Numbered from the stretch's first letter, positions 18,747 to 27,771 are shown. The stretch is DNA of 64,000 nucleotides from Betaproteobacteria bacterium (GCA_031394355.1 JANNSU010000023.1:6548-70547); one strand, 5' to 3'. Numbers and translations: made by a program. Notes: a model not told the origin generated them from the letters alone.

Positions 18747-20702
18747 ATGGGCTATCCTGCTGCCATGCGTGCCGCCTGTCTGTTCCTCCTCTGCCTGGTC
18801 ACCCTGACCGTGCCCTCCGTTGGCGCGGATGAAGCGCCCTTCACCGCGCTTGGAGGAGACAAGAACGCCTTGGTGACGGGCGTCGGCGTCCTTGCGGATG
18901 CGCAGGGATCACTGGCGCTCGCCGACGTGACTACGCGCAGCTTCACGCCGCAAGCCACCTTCGGCCCGACGGGCGCTTCTGCCGTCTACTGGCTGCGCAT
19001 CCCGTTGGCCAATCCGGCGCTGCGGCCGGTCGAGGCGCTGGTTGTCCTCGGCGGGTGGGATCGGGTCACGCTGTGGCAACCGGACGGTACGGGCTGGATC
19101 GAGCGTCGCGGCGGTGTGCTTGTGCCGCTCAAGGAACGCAGTTCGCATTTCGCGTTGCAGGGCCAGGTGACGCGGGTGATGCTGCCAGTGTCGCTGCCGC
19201 CCGCATCGCGGCAGGTGCTCTTTGCCCGCGTGGAATCCGTCCATGCATATCAGGCGTCTCCCGGCCTGGGTGCACGCCTGCGTGATGCAGAGGACGTGCG
19301 CATGATTGATCGCAACAATCGCGTGTACCAAGGTGCCTTCCTGGGCCTGGTCCTGGCGCTGGCGCTGTACAACCTGGTGTTGCTTTTTGCCATGCGTGAC
19401 CTGAGCTACTTCTATTACGTGCTCGGCATCGTGGGCTTCGGCATGATCTGGGCAGGCAATTATCAATTGTCGTTCGAGTATCTGTGGCCCGATCATCCTG
19501 CCTTCAGCAAATATGCCTTCTCAGTCTCGGCAGCGGCTGCAACGGTGGGGACCATCTTTTTCTCGCGGCTGTATCTCGACACGGCTCGATGGATGCCTCG
19601 TATCGACAAGCTGCTCTTTGTCCTGCCGCTTGCCGTGGCGGGCCTGCTGCTGGTGTCTCCGATTCTTCCTGTGGCATTCGTGAGCAATGTGCTGGATCAG
19701 CTGGCTGGGCCGGTCTACCTCATCTCGCTCGCGATTGCCGTCTGGGCGCTTTGGGTCAGGCATCCGCTTCGCGGCTACTTTTTCGCGGCACATGCTTCGC
19801 TCAGCATTGGCAACATACTGTGGATTGTGCAGGTCTGGTTTTGGCGCGAACTCAGTCTTCCGCCGCCAGCCAGCATGCCGTGGCAGTTTGGCCAGATCGG
19901 CATGGCACTGGAAGGCATTCTGCTGTCGCTGGGTCTGGCTGACCGCATCAAGCGGCTGGATCGCGAGAAGCGGGAGCTGGTGGAGCTGCAGCGTAGCGAG
20001 CTTGAGATGACCGTGACCAAGCGTACGGCGGAACTTGAAAGCGAGCGCGCCCGATCCGAACTACTGCTCACCAACATACTGCCAGCGGCCATTGCCGAGG
20101 AGCTCAAGCGTGATGGCAAAGCAGCCGCACGCCGTCACGAGGAAGTGACCATCCTGTTCACCGACTTTGCCGGTTTTACCCAGACCATGTCCACAGTGCC
20201 GGCGCAGCGGCTGGTGCAGGATCTGGATGACATCTTCAGTGCGTTCGACGAGATCGTTGCGCGCCACGGGCTTGAGAAGATCAAGACCATCGGCGATGCG
20301 TACATGGCTGCGGCGGGGCTCCCCGAAGCACTGCCAGACCATGCTTGCCGTGCCGTGTCAGCCGCGTTGGACATGATCGACTGGATCAACAGTCGCAATG
20401 AGTCCGCTTCAATCAAATGGCACTTGCGGGTCGGATTGCACAGCGGGCCAGTTGTTGCGGGCGTCGTTGGGCGGCACAAGTACGCCTACGATGTGTGGGG
20501 CGATACGGTGAACATCGCAAGTCGCATGGAGAGTTCAGGGGATCCGGGGCGAGTCAACGTCTCCGCCTACACCTGGGATCTGGTGCGCGATCAATTCGAT
20601 GGCGACTATCGCGGGCGGCAGAGCGCCAAGGGCAAAGGCGAGATGGACATGTATTTCATTACCGGCCCGAAAGGCAATGCCGGCCTGGAAGCGGCGGTAT
20701 GA
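18747..20702 (+). CDS. 7TMR-DISM sensor fused to a class III adenylate/guanylate cyclase
   Basis: Signal peptide, periplasmic domain, about 7 TM helices, coiled coil, then cyclase motifs ILFTDFAGFT, IKTIGDAYMAAAGLP and WGDTVNIASRMES. The start could also be 18765. Confidence 0.8.
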   Translation: MGYPAAMRAACLFLLCLVTLTVPSVGADEAPFTALGGDKNALVTGVGVLADAQGSLALADVTTRSFTPQATFGPTGASAVYWLRIPLANPALRPVEALVVLGGWDRVTLWQPDGTGWIERRGGVLVPLKERSSHFALQGQVTRVMLPVSLPPASRQVLFARVESVHAYQASPGLGARLRDAEDVRMIDRNNRVYQGAFLGLVLALALYNLVLLFAMRDLSYFYYVLGIVGFGMIWAGNYQLSFEYLWPDHPAFSKYAFSVSAAAATVGTIFFSRLYLDTARWMPRIDKLLFVLPLAVAGLLLVSPILPVAFVSNVLDQLAGPVYLISLAIAVWALWVRHPLRGYFFAAHASLSIGNILWIVQVWFWRELSLPPPASMPWQFGQIGMALEGILLSLGLADRIKRLDREKRELVELQRSELEMTVTKRTAELESERARSELLLTNILPAAIAEELKRDGKAAARRHEEVTILFTDFAGFTQTMSTVPAQRLVQDLDDIFSAFDEIVARHGLEKIKTIGDAYMAAAGLPEALPDHACRAVSAALDMIDWINSRNESASIKWHLRVGLHSGPVVAGVVGRHKYAYDVWGDTVNIASRMESSGDPGRVNVSAYTWDLVRDQFDGDYRGRQSAKGKGEMDMYFITGPKGNAGLEAAV

Positions 20703-20727
20703 AGGCACAGTGCAGCGCCGGGACAGT

Positions 20728-20739
20728 GCGAATATTCGC
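20728..20739. repeat. GCGAATATTCGC palindrome, exact (14-bp form)
   Basis: Intergenic, 26 nt after the cyclase stop. Confidence 0.95.
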
Positions 20740-20851
20740 AGCGGGGATGGCTTGGGTCCTGCCCGGGCGAGAAAGTCATCCGGTAGTGAACCCGCTCGCG
20801 GGGCGGAGAAGTGAAAACGGCGAACAAGATGCGTCCGGGAGTGTGCGTCCC

Positions 20852-21661
20852 ATGAATGATCTTGCGTCCACGTGGCGAGTGCAGGCGAAGTCAGCCTTTC
20901 TTCGGTGCGTTCTCCTGATGGCCTTCAGCACCACCACCATCCTGCCCGCACACGCCGACATCATCCGCCTCGACGTGCGCCCGGGCGTGAAGCTGCCCAT
21001 CCACTATGTGAAGCGCGATGGTGCACGCGCCACCTTGATCCTCATTCTAGGCGGCGTCGGCGGCCTGGGCAAGCTCGACGGCAACGAACCCACCAGCCAG
21101 AACTTTCTGGTGCGGTCACGCACGTATTTCGCCGACGCAGGATTCAACGTGGCCATCATGGGCCGACCGCAGGACCAGAGCGATCTGACCTTCGAGCTGC
21201 GCCTCGGCGCGGAACATCTTGCCGACATCCGCAAGATGGTTGATTTCGTGAAAGCGGACACAGGGCTGCCGGTATGGCTCGTCGGCACCAGCCGGGGATC
21301 GGTCTCTGCTGTGGCGGCAGCCATCGCCTTTCCACCGGATCTGATTGCGGGCGTGGTGCTCGCTGCCAGCGTCGTGCGCAGCAAGCCGGGCGCGCTGCCT
21401 GATCAGAAGCTCGCTGCCATCCGCGTGCCGGTGCTGCTGCTGCATCACCAGCGTGATGCCTGTCCGATCTGTCGTCCGGACGATCTGCCCGGCGTGCTGG
21501 ATGCGCTCACCAAGGCGCCGGTGAAGAAGCTCGTCATGCTGGATGGTGGTGGTGCGCCGCAGGGCGGCGTCTGCGAGGCGCTGCATTACCACGGCTTCAT
21601 CGGCATCGAGCGCGAGGCCGTGCGCGCGATCACGGACTGGATCACAGAGCCTGTGCGGTGA
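20852..21661 (+). CDS. Secreted alpha/beta hydrolase
   Basis: Internal start MNDLAS plus a hydrophobic leader. Nucleophile elbow VGTSRGS, and HHQRD near the C-terminus. Confidence 0.6.
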   Translation: MNDLASTWRVQAKSAFLRCVLLMAFSTTTILPAHADIIRLDVRPGVKLPIHYVKRDGARATLILILGGVGGLGKLDGNEPTSQNFLVRSRTYFADAGFNVAIMGRPQDQSDLTFELRLGAEHLADIRKMVDFVKADTGLPVWLVGTSRGSVSAVAAAIAFPPDLIAGVVLAASVVRSKPGALPDQKLAAIRVPVLLLHHQRDACPICRPDDLPGVLDALTKAPVKKLVMLDGGGAPQGGVCEALHYHGFIGIEREAVRAITDWITEPVR

Positions 21662-21669
21662 GCCATTGC

Positions 21670-21762
21670 GACCAAGCGAAGCAGGCCTTCGCTTGGATGC
21701 CGCAGGCAGTCACGCAGGGATTCCCTGCACGCCTCAAGCGGGTGGGGAACAATATTCGCGGG
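21670..21762 (+). repeat. Repeat family B, copy 1 (~93 bp, hairpin AAGCGAAG..CCTTCGCTT, ends in GGGGAACAATATTCGCG)
   Basis: Aligns at about 80% identity by eye with the reverse complement of 28774..28870. Its 3' end carries the right half of the 12-bp palindrome. Confidence 0.8.
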
Positions 21763-21789
21763 GCACGCAGGCGGCGTTCCGGGTGGTAT

Positions 21790-21801
21790 GCGAATATTCG
21801 C
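21790..21801. repeat. GCGAATATTCGC palindrome, exact
   Basis: Intergenic, 18 nt before the start of the TonB_C paralog and 28 nt after repeat family B copy 1. Confidence 0.95.
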
Positions 21802-21818
21802 GGCAGTTCCATTCGACA

Positions 21819-22640
21819 ATGCCTCAGCCAATGAAATCACCGTGCCTGGTTCTGCCGCTCTCTTTGCTGCTTTCAGCATCGATCACGGTATTTGCCACCG
21901 AGCCCGCGAAGCCGCTGGTGCCGACGACAACCTACTTCGCAGACGACCCGGTGGAGTGGGCCAGTCCAGAGGTGGTGCTGCCGCCAACCTATCCACAGAC
22001 GGCGTTGGCAAAGGGCGCCACGGCGGTGGTGGACGTCACCCTGAACCTCAAAGCGACCGGGCGGCTTGAGTCAATTGCCGCCATCAATTCCGAACCCAAG
22101 GACGTTACCTTTGAATCGGCGGTCGAAGCGGTATTGAAACACTGGCGTTTCGCACAATCACTGGATGCTAGCTGCCGCCCCATCACGGCTACAAGCCGCG
22201 TGCGGGTCTGGTTCGAGATCAAGGCAGGCCAACCTTCCATCAGCGTCACGCATGTGCCGAGCCCGCCTGCGCCGGGTGCAGTGGGGCTCAAGTCCATCAA
22301 TCGCGCAGAGTTGTCCAAGGCTCTTGTTGCCGGGTATCCCCGTGAGGCCCGCAGAGATCGCGAGGAAGCAGATGTCTATGCAAAGCTGACCGTGGACCGC
22401 CGCACTGGCGAGACGCAGCAAGTGGACATCGTGACCATGGCAGCGGATCCGCGGATATTTGCGAAGGAGACTGGATCCGCGATGACGACATCCCGCCCTG
22501 CTTCGATTGGACTCCAGTTTGCCGTGGCCGCAAAGGTCGGCTTGTTGAGAGGACGCTTTGCCCCCGAAGCTGTTGAAGGCGATGGTCCGATTCACGTTTG
22601 CTTCAAGGTTAGCTACCGTATAAGCGGAGAGCGTGACTAG
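21819..22640 (+). CDS. Secreted protein with two TonB C-terminal-like domains (paralog of 10135..10986)
   Basis: Collinear with 10135..10986 (TTTYFADDPVEW / TTTYYADDPAKW, PPTYPQTALAKGATAVVDVTL, AGYPREARRDREEADVYAKLTV). The start could be 21831. Confidence 0.6.
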   Translation: MPQPMKSPCLVLPLSLLLSASITVFATEPAKPLVPTTTYFADDPVEWASPEVVLPPTYPQTALAKGATAVVDVTLNLKATGRLESIAAINSEPKDVTFESAVEAVLKHWRFAQSLDASCRPITATSRVRVWFEIKAGQPSISVTHVPSPPAPGAVGLKSINRAELSKALVAGYPREARRDREEADVYAKLTVDRRTGETQQVDIVTMAADPRIFAKETGSAMTTSRPASIGLQFAVAAKVGLLRGRFAPEAVEGDGPIHVCFKVSYRISGERD

Positions 22641-22812
22641 GGCATTGAAAGTCGTATGGGCCGCGACTGACGGCACAGTCGGTTAGTCCGAATCAAGTCG
22701 CCCCCCGGCGCGCGGAAGCGCGTGCTACATTTCGCGGACCAGTCCGGGCGCCGCACACGTGCTCCCTGGGCAGGCCGCACATTCCGAACGAATATCCAGG
22801 GAGATCAAAAAC

Positions 22813-23085
22813 ATGAACAAGACATCCAAGCTTCTGAAAGCCATCCTCATCGCCAGCTGCCTGCTGCTCGCCACCGGCGCCATGGCCAACGCCGACGACA
22901 AGAAGTGGGTTGCCAAGTGCATGAAGGACAACAAGGATGAAGGTGCCAAGGAAGGCGTAGTCAAGAAGTACTGCGTCTGCATGAATGACAAGATGGACGA
23001 CAACGAAACGCGCTCCATCACGGAGTGGGAGAAGGCCAATCCCAAAGCCCGCAAGGAGTGTGAGAAGTCAGCGGGCTGGAAGTGA
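22813..23085 (+). CDS. Small secreted Lys/Cys-rich protein
   Basis: Signal peptide MNKTSKLLKAILIASCLLLATGAMA. The 90-aa product has 4 Cys. Followed by a clear intrinsic terminator. Confidence 0.55.
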   Translation: MNKTSKLLKAILIASCLLLATGAMANADDKKWVAKCMKDNKDEGAKEGVVKKYCVCMNDKMDDNETRSITEWEKANPKARKECEKSAGWK

Positions 23086-23142
23086 TCAGTCCCGACTCCA
23101 GCGCCAGCAAAGCGATTCGGTGAGTCAGAAGGCAAGAAAGGC

Positions 23143-23169
23143 GGCGCACTTCGGTGCGCCGTTTTCTTT
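23143..23169 (+). terminator. Rho-independent terminator
   Basis: GGCGCAC-TTCG-GTGCGCC stem-loop followed by GTTTTCTTT, 58 nt after the stop of the small secreted protein gene. Confidence 0.8.
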
Positions 23170-23293
23170 GCGGCAGCCAGCGCAGCGCGGCTATTGAAGG
23201 GCGTTGGAGAAGGGCGGAAAATGGCCCTGACCGCTGGTGCCGCGAACGTTGCCGGTTACGGATCAAAGGAACGCTGACGCAAAGGGGGATGGA

Positions 23294-24106
23294 ATGAAGA
23301 TCAGACTTGTACATGGGGCCGCTTCGCTGCTGGTCTGGCTCGTGTTAGGGCCGCTGGCCGCCGCTGCAAGTTCGGACATCGGCGTCGTGGTCATGCACGG
23401 CAAGGAGGGCCTGCCCGCTGGCATGCAGCCCATGGCCACAGCATTGGAAGGGGCGGGCCATCACGTCGTGGTGCCGACGCTGGCGTGGTCGCGCAACCGC
23501 ATCTACGACAAGTCAGTGGCCGATGCGCTGCTCGAGATTGACGCAGCGGTTGAGCAACTGAAGGCGAAGGGGGCAAAGCGCATCGTGGTGCTGGGCCATA
23601 GTCTCGGTGGCAGTGTGGCGCTGCGCTATGCGGCGAAGCGCCCGGGGCTCGCCGGCGTCGCGCTGTCGGCGCCCGCACACAACCCGGACAGCGAGACCGC
23701 GCGCAGACTATTCACGAAGGATCTGGAGCGTGCGCGTGCATCCATTGCGCAAGGGAAGATCACCGAGACCCAGAGTTTCCTCGATGCCAATGGCGGTGAT
23801 GCGCGCGGACTTCGCACCTACGCCGTGGTGGTGACGCCACCGGTGTATGTGAGCTGGTGGGGCGAGGAGGATGGCGAGCTTCTGTCACCGCGCAACGCGG
23901 CGGCGCTGAACCCGCCGATGCCTGTGCTGTTCCTCGTCGCGAAAACCGACCGGTTCGCCCGACCGCAGGCCGATGTCTATGACAAGGCGCCGCCGCATGC
24001 GCAAAGCCGCCATCTCATCATCGACACCGACCACATGGGCATGGTGAAGGATGGTGCGGGGGCGCTGCTCGACTGGTTGAAGTCGCTGCCGCCCGCGAAA
24101 GGCTGA
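23294..24106 (+). CDS. Secreted alpha/beta hydrolase
   Basis: GGGGA RBS-like sequence upstream, signal peptide, GHSLGG nucleophile elbow, C-terminal DTDH. Confidence 0.7.
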   Translation: MKIRLVHGAASLLVWLVLGPLAAAASSDIGVVVMHGKEGLPAGMQPMATALEGAGHHVVVPTLAWSRNRIYDKSVADALLEIDAAVEQLKAKGAKRIVVLGHSLGGSVALRYAAKRPGLAGVALSAPAHNPDSETARRLFTKDLERARASIAQGKITETQSFLDANGGDARGLRTYAVVVTPPVYVSWWGEEDGELLSPRNAAALNPPMPVLFLVAKTDRFARPQADVYDKAPPHAQSRHLIIDTDHMGMVKDGAGALLDWLKSLPPAKG

Positions 24107-24117
24107 CGGGCGCTGAC

Positions 24118-24129
24118 GCGAATATTCGC
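24118..24129. repeat. GCGAATATTCGC palindrome, exact
   Basis: Intergenic, 12 nt after the hydrolase stop. Confidence 0.95.
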
Positions 24130-24210
24130 TGGCCCATCCGTTTCATTACGTCGTCGCGTCTTATCTGCAGGCGTGGACAGTGTGCCCACGCCATCGCAAA
24201 GGGACGCAAT

Positions 24211-25068
24211 ATGAGAATTCAAATCACGGTCCGGTGGATGCTGGTGGTCTCCACACTTGCCCTTGGGGCGATGTGCAGGCTCGCGGGCGCGCAGCCGCCG
24301 ACATCGAGTGCATCAGTACAGGCGGCCGTATCCCGTTCGGCTCCACCCGCCCGCGTCATGCTGATCGGCCTGTGGCACTTCGACAATCCCGGCCTGGATG
24401 CGGTGAAGTACACGCCCATCGACGTGATGAAGCCCGCAGAACAGGCGTATCTGGAGGCGCTGTCGGCGCGCATTGCCGCGTTCAAGCCAACCCGGTTATT
24501 GCTGGAGTACCAGCCCAAGAATGACGCGCTCATCAATCAGCGCTACGCCGACTATCTCGAAGGCAAGTTTGAATTACGCGTGAACGAGATTTATCAGCTC
24601 GGCTTTCGCATCGCGAAGCTGTCCGGGCTGAAGTCGGTGAGTGGCTTCGATGTTCGCGATGTGCCTGGCGACATTGCCATCTGGGGGCACCTCATGAAGG
24701 ACCCCGCGCTCTCCAGGGAATTCGCGACGATGATCGCTGGCATGTCTGCGAAACTGACGAGGCAACACAAGACAATGAGCCTGAAGGCACTGCTCCTGCG
24801 GAACAACCAGCCAGAGGAAGACCACGACAACAAGTCCTTCTACCTGTGGCTCAACCCGATTGGCACCTTGGAGGCACCGCACCTGGGTGCCGATGCCGCG
24901 ACGCAATGGTGGCAGCGCAACTTCCGCATGTATGCCCTCATCCAGCAGGCCGCGCAGCCGGGCGAGCGGGTCGTGGTGATCGCGGGGCAGGGTCACACCG
25001 CCATCCTGCGCGACCTGCTGAAGAGCGATCGGCTGCGTGTGGAAGAAAAGCCGGACGGCTACTTTTGA
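24211..25068 (+). CDS. Secreted hypothetical protein (DUF5694-like, from memory of the family pattern)
   Basis: Signal peptide. VMLIGLWHFDNPGLD ... AAFKPTRLLLEY ... NEIYQLGFRIAKL ... GQGHTAILRDLL. Confidence 0.5.
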   Translation: MRIQITVRWMLVVSTLALGAMCRLAGAQPPTSSASVQAAVSRSAPPARVMLIGLWHFDNPGLDAVKYTPIDVMKPAEQAYLEALSARIAAFKPTRLLLEYQPKNDALINQRYADYLEGKFELRVNEIYQLGFRIAKLSGLKSVSGFDVRDVPGDIAIWGHLMKDPALSREFATMIAGMSAKLTRQHKTMSLKALLLRNNQPEEDHDNKSFYLWLNPIGTLEAPHLGADAATQWWQRNFRMYALIQQAAQPGERVVVIAGQGHTAILRDLLKSDRLRVEEKPDGYF

Positions 25069-25077
25069 TCCCGTCCG

Positions 25078-25103
25078 GCGCGATGCGAATATTCGCATCG
25101 CGC
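25078..25103. repeat. 26-bp perfect palindrome GCGCGATGCGAATATTCGCATCGCGC
   Basis: Verified base by base. Lies between the stops of convergent genes (25068 and 25126) and abuts (sharing base 25078) a second hairpin, CCGGACGG(12 nt)CCGTCCGG, at 25051..25078. Confidence 0.9.
25085..25096. repeat. GCGAATATTCGC palindrome, exact (core of a 26-bp palindrome)
   Basis: Between convergent genes. Confidence 0.95.
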
Positions 25104-25125
25104 TGCTGTAGCGAACGAATGACGG

Positions 25126-25911
25126 TCAGCAGCCCGTGGATCGCAGCGATGCCGTAGCCGGATTGACACCTGGCTTCGCGACGGAAGACAGCAATACCGC
25201 CTCGTAGCCACTGTTGTTGCCGCCGACATTGATCATGAAGTCCGGCTTGCCATCGCCGTCGATATCCGCAATGGTCATGATGCGCGAATCCCAGCCGAAT
25301 TCGCCGAGGCGATATTCGAATGTCTTGCCGTCATATTCAATGATGTAAACCGCGCCATCGCCATACGGCTCGCCGTTGCGGCCGCGCAGTCCGTTCTGCA
25401 CGGTGAACGCGAATGCTTGCGTGCCGAGCATGAGTTCGTAACGATGGTCGAGCTTCGGCGCGAGCTGCGGCGTGCCATTACGAAAGCGGTAGGGTGAGAT
25501 GACGCCGGTCTTCAACGTCACGCCCGGAACGCGCAAGTAGGAGACGTTGTAGTTCGCCGCACTCAACTTTTCCTGAAGGGCCGCGTCTTCCGGTGCGGTG
25601 AGCTGTTGCCCGATGTTGCCAAGAAATTTCGGTTGGCTGGTCGGCGGTGAAACGACGGCACCCACCTCGAGGGCTTGCGCCGTCAGCGTGAGGCGATACC
25701 ACTGGTCCACGGGCCAGGCATCCGGTTTGCGGTCAACCAGCGCCGTGGGCAGGGTGTAGCTGCCGACGCCACCGTTCCATATCCCTTCCCTCAGCAGCAG
25801 GCCGGGCTCGGCCGCATGGGTCGGGCCGATCGTGGCGCAGCAGGTGGCTACGGTGACGAGCAGGCGGCATGTCGAATGGCGAAGAAAGCTGCGTTGGGCT
25901 GTGTCGGTCAT
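25126..25911 (-). CDS. Secreted hypothetical protein with an FG-GAP/VCBS-like motif
   Basis: Internal start MTDTAQRS plus a hydrophobic leader. DIDGDGKPDF motif near the C-terminus. Confidence 0.5.
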   Translation of the reverse strand: MTDTAQRSFLRHSTCRLLVTVATCCATIGPTHAAEPGLLLREGIWNGGVGSYTLPTALVDRKPDAWPVDQWYRLTLTAQALEVGAVVSPPTSQPKFLGNIGQQLTAPEDAALQEKLSAANYNVSYLRVPGVTLKTGVISPYRFRNGTPQLAPKLDHRYELMLGTQAFAFTVQNGLRGRNGEPYGDGAVYIIEYDGKTFEYRLGEFGWDSRIMTIADIDGDGKPDFMINVGGNNSGYEAVLLSSVAKPGVNPATASLRSTGC

Positions 25912-26072
25912 GGCAATTGTCTCTGGCTGGATGCGCATGCGGACCATCCTCCCATGCGACTCTGGCGACATTCTGGCATTGCGGCGTCATGTTGCGGGCG
26001 GCACCCGCCTGGCGTAGGCGGAATGCAGCGCCAGATCCGCGTCCGGTCCGCTGCCACGGCCTGAGGTGTCCT

Positions 26073-26111
26073 GCGCACTGAACGCGTGCACTGAATACGT
26101 GCACAGCGTGC
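26073..26111. repeat. Three imperfect tandem 13-bp units (GYGCACWG...)
   Basis: GCGCACTGAACGC / GTGCACTGAATAC / GTGCACAGCGTGC, in the 455-bp region upstream of pilU. Confidence 0.6.
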
Positions 26112-26366
26112 CAGTGCCTGCCCCAGAGTGTTGCGCAATCCAATGCAAAGGCTGAATTGACCTGAAAGGGGTATTCCGTATTGTCATCATCTCCTGAGAG
26201 AATGCGTAGCAATGCGTGTCTGCCCAGTGAGGCTGCCTTGGTTGGCCCTCTCGGCACGACATTTGCACATCTGTCGTCATCTTTGCCGCACCCGGCATCG
26301 CCACCACCTTCAACACATCCAACGCGTTATCCGGTTCTGCCGGATGTCCAGCCAAAGGGAATTGCA

Positions 26367-27542
26367 ATGTCAGCACTGAGTGAAGAACAGGCACGCGCCT
26401 ACATGCACAAGATGCTCGCGGCCATGAGTGCTGCGGGCGGGTCCGACTTGTTCATCGCCAATGACTTCCCGCCCAGCATGAAGGCGCATGGCTCCATGCA
26501 GCCCATGTCCCAGCAAAAGCTGACCGGCGAAGTCACGAAGGTACTGGCGCACGCCATGATGAATGACGAGCAGCGCGCCGAGTTCAGCAAGGAGATGGAA
26601 TGCAACTTTGCCATCTCCATTCCCGGCCTGTCGCGCTTTCGGGTGAATGTGTTCATGCAGCAGCGCTGTGTGGGCATGGTGATCCGTACCATCGCCGCCG
26701 AGATCCCCAACTTCGAGAAGCTGGGTTTGCCCGTGATCCTGAAGGAAGTGATCATGAACAAGCGCGGCCTGGTGCTGGTTGTCGGCGGCACGGGGTCGGG
26801 CAAGTCGACCACGCTCGCCGCGATGATCGACCAGCGCAACCGTACCTCACCCGGCCACATCATCACGGTGGAGGACCCGGTCGAATACGTGCATCAGTCG
26901 AAAATGTCGCTCATCACGCATCGCGAGGTCGGCATCGACACGCACAGCTGGCACCATGCACTCAAGAACACCCTGCGGCAAGCGCCGGACGTGATTCTTA
27001 TTGGTGAAATTCGCGATTCCGAAACGATGGAGCACGCCATCGCATTCGCCGAGACGGGCCACCTCTGTCTCGGCACGCTGCACGCCAACAGCGCCAACCA
27101 GACCATCGACCGCATCATCAACTTCTTCCCCGAGGAGCGGCGCAATCAGCTGCTCATGGACCTGTCGGCCAACCTGCGGTCCATCATTTCGCAGCGGCTG
27201 GTGCGCACGGTCGACGGCAAGGGACGCAAGGCGGCCATCGAGATCCTGCTCAACACGCCCACGATCTCCGAGCGCATCTTCAAGGGCGAATTCCACGACA
27301 TCAAGGGCATCATGGCCAAGTCGAAAGAGCTCGGCATGCGCACGTTCGACATGGCGCTCTTCGATCTCTATGACGAGGGCCACATTGCGTACGAGGAAGC
27401 TATCCGCAATGCCGACTCCGCCAACGAGCTTCGCCTCAACATCAAGCTGAAGAGCAAACGTGGCGAGCCCTCATCCGCCGGGGCATCGCTGCTGTCGATG
27501 CATCAGGAGGAGAAGAAGGCGGAAGAGCCCGAAAAGGCCTGA
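26367..27542 (+). CDS. pilU: Type IV pilus retraction ATPase PilU
   Basis: GGSDLFI, ECNFAIS..RFRVNVF, Walker A GGTGSGKST, LRQAPDVILIGEIRD, and HLCLGTLHANSANQTIDRIINFFP match PilU rather than PilT. No pilT is adjacent. Confidence 0.85.
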   Translation: MSALSEEQARAYMHKMLAAMSAAGGSDLFIANDFPPSMKAHGSMQPMSQQKLTGEVTKVLAHAMMNDEQRAEFSKEMECNFAISIPGLSRFRVNVFMQQRCVGMVIRTIAAEIPNFEKLGLPVILKEVIMNKRGLVLVVGGTGSGKSTTLAAMIDQRNRTSPGHIITVEDPVEYVHQSKMSLITHREVGIDTHSWHHALKNTLRQAPDVILIGEIRDSETMEHAIAFAETGHLCLGTLHANSANQTIDRIINFFPEERRNQLLMDLSANLRSIISQRLVRTVDGKGRKAAIEILLNTPTISERIFKGEFHDIKGIMAKSKELGMRTFDMALFDLYDEGHIAYEEAIRNADSANELRLNIKLKSKRGEPSSAGASLLSMHQEEKKAEEPEKA

Positions 27543-27566
27543 CCGGGGGCGGGCAGACAACCATCC

Positions 27567-27741
27567 GGAACCGCAGATGAACGCGGATGAACGCAGATAC
27601 CCCTCGGCTTTGAGCGAAGCGCAGTTTCCCGGTGCTGACCTGCTCAGGGCAGGATGTTCAGACCACTGCCGACCATGACGCGTGATTTTGCAGCGGTCTG
27701 GTTGTTTTTATCTGCGTTCATCCGCGTTCATCTGCGGTTCC
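27567..27741. repeat. Repeat family A, copy 1: 175-bp element with perfect 33-bp terminal inverted repeats
   Basis: GGAACCGCAGATGAACGCGGATGAACGCAGATA at 27567..27599 is the exact reverse complement of 27709..27741. Lies between the convergent pilU and lipoprotein genes. Confidence 0.9.
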
Positions 27742-27771
27742 AAAGGACTTGACCCTGTCCCGCCAGGCGAG

